Below are positions 15,287 through 20,000 of a stretch of DNA of 20,000 nt, in pieces (the stretch's first letter is position 1; each line of letters starts with the position of its first letter). Made by a program: the position numbers and the translations under genes. Under the pieces are notes generated by a model. That model saw only the letters and a program-made list of their open reading frames with translations. It did not search any database and was not told the origin of the DNA. The stretch is from an uncultured virus (IMG/VR IMGVR_UViG_3300031788_000008) (taxonomy: Duplodnaviria > Heunggongvirae > Uroviricota > Caudoviricetes): positions 55,793-75,792 of the IMG/VR virus record IMGVR_UViG_3300031788_000008. The stretch is one strand, 5' to 3'.

Positions 15287-15475
15287 ATGAAATATATTTA
15301 TGAAGATCACGAGAAGCATACCACATGGGAATGTGAAGCCGAGGATTTGCTTGCAGCGGATAAACTCTATGAAGCCGCTGGATGTAGGATGAGTGAAAAC
15401 GCAAAAAGAAAAAAATCTATGCCTAATGATGTAGGGGCATGGTCACCCGATTGGGCGTGTAACAAAAAGGCATAA
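15287..15475 (+). CDS. Small hypothetical protein
   Basis: ATG one base after the upstream stop. Confidence 0.6.
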   Translation: MKYIYEDHEKHTTWECEAEDLLAADKLYEAAGCRMSENAKRKKSMPNDVGAWSPDWACNKKA

Positions 15476-15503
15476 TAGGTTTATTCCAACTAATGGAGGA
15501 AGT

Positions 15504-16164
15504 ATGATTATCGAAATTAGAGCGGCTGAAGGCGGACAGGACGCAAAATTACTGGTCGAAGATCAAATGACCATCTACGCGAGGTTGGCGATACGGAGGG
15601 GTCTTTGAGTTTGATGTTACCGAACAACGCCCAGGTATAGCTATCCTGCGCATTACAGGGGCTACAGCGCCTCAAGTCTTCGCTAACGAGGCAGGAGGTC
15701 ACCGTTTTCAGAGAATTCCTCCCACGGAGCGTAGCGGTAGAGTTCAAACCAGTACAATTACTGTGGCTGTTTTTGATGAACCGGAAGTTGCTGCTTTTGC
15801 CGTATCCCCAAATGATTTGGCATGGGAGACAATGCGCAGCGGGGGTAAGGGCGGTCAAAACGCCAATAAACTGGAAACAAAAATACGCTTAAAACATAAA
15901 CCTACAGGATTAGTCGTGGTTTGCGAATCAGAACGTAGCCAAAAAAGAAATAAAGACACGGCCTTAGCTGTCCTTACAGCACGTTTGTACGCTGCTGATA
16001 AGGATAAAAAAGCTGAAGCTGCTACTACGGATAGGCGACAACAAATAGGAACGGGACAACGAGGAGATAAACGCCGTACAATACGAGAAAAAGATGGAAA
16101 AGTCGTAGACCATATCACCGGTCAAAAATGGCGTTATTCTGATTATGTAAAAGGCATTTGGTAA
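15504..16164 (+). CDS. Class I peptide chain release factor, RF1-type PxT motif, no domain 1, expressed through a +1 frameshift at 15603-15608
   Basis: RBS GGAGGA; MIIEIRAAEGGQDAKL...RRGL(CTT TGA); +1 frame EFDVTEQRPG...NEAGGHRFQRIPPTERSGRVQTSTITVAV...GKGGQNANK...ERSQKRNK...KRRTIR; about 219 aa. Confidence 0.92.
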
Positions 16165-16167
16165 AAA

Positions 16168-16779
16168 ATGGAACAATATCCACATATCGAAGGCAGTACA
16201 AAGGCTCCTATAGGAGAACCGTGCATCGCTTTTTATAAGTACGATGGTAGTAATCTGCGCTTCGAATGGAGCCCTAAAAAAGGCTGGCATAAGTTTGGCA
16301 CCAGAAAAGAACTTTTTGACGCTCGCCATCCTTTGTGGTCTCAAGCCCTTCCCTTGTTTTTAGAGTTTGGAGATGAGATTGTAAAACGAGTGAAAGCATC
16401 GGATTGGCGATTGAAAGGTATCCAACGAATTACTGTTTTTTGTGAATTCTTTGGACCTAGCAGTTTTGCCGGAATTCATGATGAAAAAGAGCCTAAAGAA
16501 TTGCGTTTGATCGATGTATACCTTTTCAAAAAAGGTATGATGCCAGCGAAGCAATTTGTAGAAATTTTTGGAGATATGCCCCAGGCAGCACAGGTAATTT
16601 ATCAGGGAAATTTGACTAAGCAATTCATAGATGATGTGCGCTTTGGGGCTTATTCTGTGAATGAGGGCGTGGTCGCTAAGGGCGCTGATTTTCGGGTAAA
16701 AATAAAAACTGCTGCTTACTTCAAAAAATTGAATGAACGGCTCCCAGAGTTAGCGAATGCCTTTGATTGTGAGTATTAG
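16168..16779 (+). CDS. ATP-dependent RNA ligase-like nucleotidyltransferase (Rnl2-type)
   Basis: Motif I YKYDGSN, III FCEFFG, IIIa LIDV, IV EGVVAK, V VKIK; no OB domain. Confidence 0.82.
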   Translation: MEQYPHIEGSTKAPIGEPCIAFYKYDGSNLRFEWSPKKGWHKFGTRKELFDARHPLWSQALPLFLEFGDEIVKRVKASDWRLKGIQRITVFCEFFGPSSFAGIHDEKEPKELRLIDVYLFKKGMMPAKQFVEIFGDMPQAAQVIYQGNLTKQFIDDVRFGAYSVNEGVVAKGADFRVKIKTAAYFKKLNERLPELANAFDCEY

Positions 16780-16792
16780 ACTCTGTACGAGT

Positions 16793-16890
16793 TTGTGCTA
16801 ATACGAGGTGCGGAGTTCCATAGATTTAGGCGGAACAAGACCTAATTTCGGAACTCTACTGGCGACGGTCAGAGTTACCTCGTAGCACAA
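16793..16890 (+). ncRNA. Unidentified rod-like structured RNA
   Basis: TTGTGCT/AGCACAA, ACGAGGT/ACCTCGT, GGAGTTCC/GGAACTCT nested stems. Confidence 0.5.
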
Positions 16891-16892
16891 TT

Positions 16893-17046
16893 TCCCAAAC
16901 AGATACTTGTCTGGGAGAACTTGAGGACTCAGTGAGCCTCAGGTGGGGCATATTGGTGGACCCCTGTCCTTCGGGACTTAATCTGGCGGCCCAAGACGAG
17001 GAGTCAAGGGCTTAAAGAATCCTAGATTTTTAGTCTGGGAGCATCA
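16893..17046 (+). mobile_element. Orphan IS200/IS605-type right end / omegaRNA-like segment
   Basis: Series of hairpins ending GAATCCTAGATTTTTAGTCTGGGAGCATCAA, same layout as the right end at 5604-5636. Confidence 0.55.
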
Positions 17047-17156
17047 AGCAGTATTTTTTCAATTGGTGTATTCACCGTTTGCAGATTTGTACCGCTGGGG
17101 TTAATAAGGACGGTTGGTATGGAAAGTATAGGGACTTGGTAAAATTTTTTATTTAC

Positions 17157-17235
17157 GCCAGTGTAGCATAGTCCGGCCTAATGCGCTTCGCTCATAACGA
17201 AGAGATCGGTGGTTCAAATCCACCCGCTGGTACCA
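17157..17235 (+). tRNA. tRNA with CAT anticodon (elongator Met; Ile2 not excluded)
   Basis: GCCAGTG/CGCTGGT+ACCA; CTTCG-CTCATAA-CGAAG; GGTGG-TTCAAAT-CCACC. Confidence 0.92.
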
Positions 17236-17255
17236 AAATTTTAATGGAAAGTATA

Positions 17256-18425
17256 GGGAACTATATAGTTAACTCCCCCGGCTAGAACATAACAATGCTG
17301 AGAACTTTTCAATGTCGGTTGTATCCAAACGCGACGCAGAGACACGCGCTGGAGTTCGTCTTGCGTGACAACGCGGAGACGTACAACGCGGCTCTTGCAG
17401 AGCGCCGAGATGCATGGAAGTTGGAGCGCAAGGCGATCACCTATCGAATGCAACAGGACGAACTAACAGAACTACGCCGTGATGAACAATTTGCAAGAGT
17501 CGCCTGCGACATTCAACGTGATCCCTTGAGAAGGGTTGACCGAGCATTCCAAGCGTTCTTTCGGCGTTGTAAAGCAGGCCAGAAGCCAGGCTTTCCTCGT
17601 TTTCGCTCTCATCTGCGCTACGACTCTTTTGGATTCAGTCTCCCAGTCGTGAATAGTGAACGTCTGAGGATTCCGAATGTGGGGCAGATCAAACTGCGCG
17701 GAGGCCGCAGCATTGCAGGTAAGGCGAAGTGTTGCACGGTCAAGCGAGACGGCAACCGTTGGACGGCTTCAGTCGTGTGCGACATTGGTCCGGCACCAGG
17801 GAAGCGTATGGTAACAAATGCTGTCGGAATAGATATGGGCCTGACGACGCTCGCCACGCTGTCGGACGGGACGGAGATTGAGAACCCACGCTGGACCCGA
17901 CAGCACGAAGACCTGATTGCAGCCGCGAATCGCCTACTGGCACGGAAGCATAAACGTTCGAAGAACCGCATCCGGGCGCGGGAAGCACTGCATCGCGCTC
18001 ACCAGCGGGCCGCGAATGCCCGTCGCAACTATCTGCATCACGTTTCCAAATGGCTTGTGGGTAATTACGACCTGATCGCCCACGAAGCCTTAAACATTAA
18101 AGGCATGGCGCAAGGACATTTCGCCAAGTCGATTATGGATGCCGCATGGAGCATTCTGCTGTCGCAAGTACGCTACAAGGCTGAGAGTGCCGGAGTGTAC
18201 GCGATAGCGGTGAATCCACGCGGCACGTCACAAATGTGTTCGGGTTGCGGTCGAAACGTTCCGAAGAAACTGGCGCAGCGGGTGCATAGCTGTCCGCACT
18301 GCGGTCTAGTTCTGGGGCGTGACCACAATGCCGGACGGAACATTTTAGCGTTGGGGATCAACGCTGCGGGCGTAAGCCTTCAAAATCTACACACGACTCG
18401 GGTTAGGGAGTTATGTATAAGTCCC
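17256..18425 (+). mobile_element. tnpB-only element with terminal inverted repeats and 8-bp target site duplication
   Basis: Left GGGAACTATATAGTTAACTCCC; right (reverse complement) GGGACTTATACATAACTCCC; AAAGTATA at 17248-17255 and 18426-18433; GC-rich relative to flanks. Confidence 0.85.
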
Positions 18426-18434
18426 AAAGTATAG
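17295..18434 (+). CDS. tnpB: RNA-guided endonuclease TnpB
   Basis: RLYPN N-terminus, GFPRFR, RuvC I VGIDMG, RuvC II IAHEAL, zinc finger CSGCG...CPHCG, RuvC III RDHNAGRNI; D-E-D intact. Confidence 0.96.
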   Translation: MLRTFQCRLYPNATQRHALEFVLRDNAETYNAALAERRDAWKLERKAITYRMQQDELTELRRDEQFARVACDIQRDPLRRVDRAFQAFFRRCKAGQKPGFPRFRSHLRYDSFGFSLPVVNSERLRIPNVGQIKLRGGRSIAGKAKCCTVKRDGNRWTASVVCDIGPAPGKRMVTNAVGIDMGLTTLATLSDGTEIENPRWTRQHEDLIAAANRLLARKHKRSKNRIRAREALHRAHQRAANARRNYLHHVSKWLVGNYDLIAHEALNIKGMAQGHFAKSIMDAAWSILLSQVRYKAESAGVYAIAVNPRGTSQMCSGCGRNVPKKLAQRVHSCPHCGLVLGRDHNAGRNILALGINAAGVSLQNLHTTRVRELCISPKV

Positions 18435-18515
18435 TTCCCATTTTAAGGGGGTTAAATATGGCAATTCAGTTCACGCTTCATACCGCGTAAGGTGTGGGCG
18501 GATCAGGAGAAGGCC

Positions 18516-18806
18516 ATGAAACACCCTTGTAATCGGGCGGAACGCCGTGCTGTTCGTGACGGTAAAATCGACCGCCGTAAGTATATTGCTACATGCATTT
18601 GGCGTGATTACGATATAGTTCCCCATGAAGGAACCCCTCAAAATTGGTATCAACCCAAAGAATGGGGGCGTTTTGCTAAATTTAACCTGAATTGTGGCTG
18701 TATGATGTGTCATTCAGAGAAGTATTTTAAACATAAACGCAAAAGACGCGAAGCCCTCAAACAATCAATCAGTTATAACATAAGAGAATGGGATGAAATA
18801 TCTTGA
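18516..18806 (+). CDS. Small basic hypothetical protein (CGCxxC)
   Basis: RBS AGGAG before ATG 18516. Confidence 0.7.
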   Translation: MKHPCNRAERRAVRDGKIDRRKYIATCIWRDYDIVPHEGTPQNWYQPKEWGRFAKFNLNCGCMMCHSEKYFKHKRKRREALKQSISYNIREWDEIS

Positions 18807-18833
18807 CAATTTTTTAATTATAGGTATTATAAT
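18803..18833 (+). promoter_or_regulatory. Sigma70-type promoter
   Basis: TTGACA-16-TATTAT(AAT), directly before structured RNAs and a tRNA. Confidence 0.75.
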
Positions 18834-18842
18834 AATTGAAGC

Positions 18843-18970
18843 GTGGAACCCTTTTTACCTGACGAGGGAGTTTGTCGAAGTTGAGCCGCTCCTGCGATGA
18901 TTGGCGGATCAACAAGGTCTCGCAAGAGAGTGAGCTTAGCAAAGCTCCAACCGTGCAACAGGGTTCCCAC
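18843..18970 (+). ncRNA. Unidentified structured RNA
   Basis: Closing stem GTGGAACCCT/AGGGTTCCCAC; internal GTTGA/TCAAC, TCTC-GCAA-GAGA, GAGCTT/AAGCTC; begins at the expected transcription start. Confidence 0.55.
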
Positions 18971-19055
18971 TTTCTTATTTAAGTTTTGGGATAGGCAGTC
19001 GCCTTAAAGCGTCTGCCAATGGAAGTGCATAGCGCTTTCCGTTCCCAATAAAATT

Positions 19056-19134
19056 TGCGGGGATTAAGCTACGGTGCGCTTGGATGTCTCATAAGCATTC
19101 CTCTTAGGTGGTTCAACTCCACCCTCCGCTACCA
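19056..19134 (+). tRNA. tRNA-Met(CAT), initiator-like acceptor end
   Basis: TGCGGGG/CTCCGCT+ACCA (1:72 mismatch); GATGT-CTCATAA-GCATT; GGTGG-TTCAACT-CCACC. Confidence 0.82.
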
Positions 19135-19150
19135 TTTCAAAACCCCGACT

Positions 19151-19179
19151 TTGAATATCTTGTTATGAGTCAGTATTAT
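19151..19179 (+). promoter_or_regulatory. Sigma70-type promoter
   Basis: TTGAAT-17-TATTAT with the recurrent CAGTATTATA box. Confidence 0.65.
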
Positions 19180-19201
19180 ATGTATAAGTTAAGGAGAAAA
19201 T

Positions 19202-19822
19202 ATGCAGCAAAAATCTAGTTTTCAAAAAGCAATTGTAGCATTGATGTTGTGTGGAGTTATGACATTTGTAGGATGTACCGCATCATGGGTCAATACATTT
19301 GACACCGTTATCAGCGTTGCCGCTCCTGCTTTGACCGGTATTTTAGATGTTGCAGCGCTGGCAGATGGAAAGCCGGTAGATGCCGCCTTAGTTACAAAAA
19401 TTAACGCCGATGCCGCAGCAGTTGAAACTCTCGCCAAAGATTTCGCCAATGCTTCGTCTTCAGCAGGGCCGGGACTTTGTTCACAACTTCAAGTAGGTAT
19501 AACCACTTATGAATCAGACTTGCCGCTAGTATTACAAGTAGCTCAAGTATCTGATCCGAATACAGAAGCAAAAATTGAAGCGTTATCAGCTTTGATTGTT
19601 AGCACATTCAATAGCATTGAGCCTTTAATTCCGAACTGTGCGGCTCCAGCTAAAACCACATTGGCGGTTGCGGTACCATTGTCAGTTAAGAATTTTGTGA
19701 ATGACTATAACGCAGAAATGGTTAAGCCAACTGGAAATCCACAGGTAGATGCAGGAACAGCAAAACTTAAACTGCACACGAAATCAACTTTTATGCGCGT
19801 GGTAACATTTAGCTGGTTGTAA
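19202..19822 (+). CDS. Predicted lipoprotein
   Basis: RBS AAGGAG; signal peptide with lipobox FVGC; Ala-rich helical body. Confidence 0.8.
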   Translation: MQQKSSFQKAIVALMLCGVMTFVGCTASWVNTFDTVISVAAPALTGILDVAALADGKPVDAALVTKINADAAAVETLAKDFANASSSAGPGLCSQLQVGITTYESDLPLVLQVAQVSDPNTEAKIEALSALIVSTFNSIEPLIPNCAAPAKTTLAVAVPLSVKNFVNDYNAEMVKPTGNPQVDAGTAKLKLHTKSTFMRVVTFSWL

Positions 19823-20000
19823 AGTTTCAAAGAGACATAATCCCGTCGCCCTGCTTGCTCGACTAAGGCGGTGTGGGGTGTTGAGACCGGTAAGTTTGAC
19901 GACGATCCGGGTACGAAGTCCCTATCCTTTCTGATAGGGTGGTTGCGGGTGTTCTAGTCCACGCAATGACTAGCTAGCATTTTAGAAGTGATTTTTGTGG

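Noticed and set aside
15504..16164. Stop-codon reassignment implied by a phage release factor
   Set aside because: Genes end in TAA, TAG and TGA with tight packing under code 11, and no suppressor tRNA is present.
15763..16164. Stand-alone ArfB-like GGQ protein as in the ORF track
   Set aside because: Release-factor homology extends upstream through the PxT loop to the 15504 start via the frameshift site.
17295..18434. Nuclease-dead TnpB (TldR) or Cas12f
   Set aside because: The RuvC D-E-D residues are intact and there is no CRISPR array.
18856..18880. Hammerhead ribozyme (CTGACGAG core)
   Set aside because: No stem II followed by GAAA in the required position.
3543..19153. Recurring GACTTT in intergenic regions as a phage-specific promoter element
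   Set aside because: Too short and variable in an AT-rich genome to support without genome-wide statistics.
248..19449. Minus-strand ORFs in the ORF track
   Set aside because: All overlap better-supported + strand genes or tRNAs and show no recognisable motifs; treated as shadow ORFs.

Overview
AT-rich, densely coding window with all supported genes on the + strand, most consistent with a large phage genome (soil host; one secreted protein resembles Acidobacteria proteins). It has 11 tRNA genes plus a remnant, a 5'-3' exonuclease, two tandem AAA+ ATPases, a NADAR protein, a frameshift-dependent release factor next to an RNA ligase, a tnpB element and many small hypothetical genes. Main observation: two tRNA clusters are each preceded by a near-identical sigma70-type promoter, a tiny unannotated leader ORF and alternative antiterminator/terminator hairpins. 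The leader codons match the downstream tRNAs: Leu/Tyr(/Ser)-rich before tRNA-Tyr + 4 tRNA-Leu, and Pro/Met-rich before 3 tRNA-Pro + tRNA-Met. This suggests ribosome-mediated attenuation that switches on phage tRNA genes when those tRNAs run short. Also notable: an RF1-type (PxT) release factor behind a prfB-type CTT-TGA +1 frameshift; a tnpB bounded by inverted repeats with an 8-bp target duplication, plus a 27-bp derivative that disrupts another gene; and several non-canonical tRNAs and structured intergenic RNAs. All calls come from reading the sequence by eye; no searches were run.
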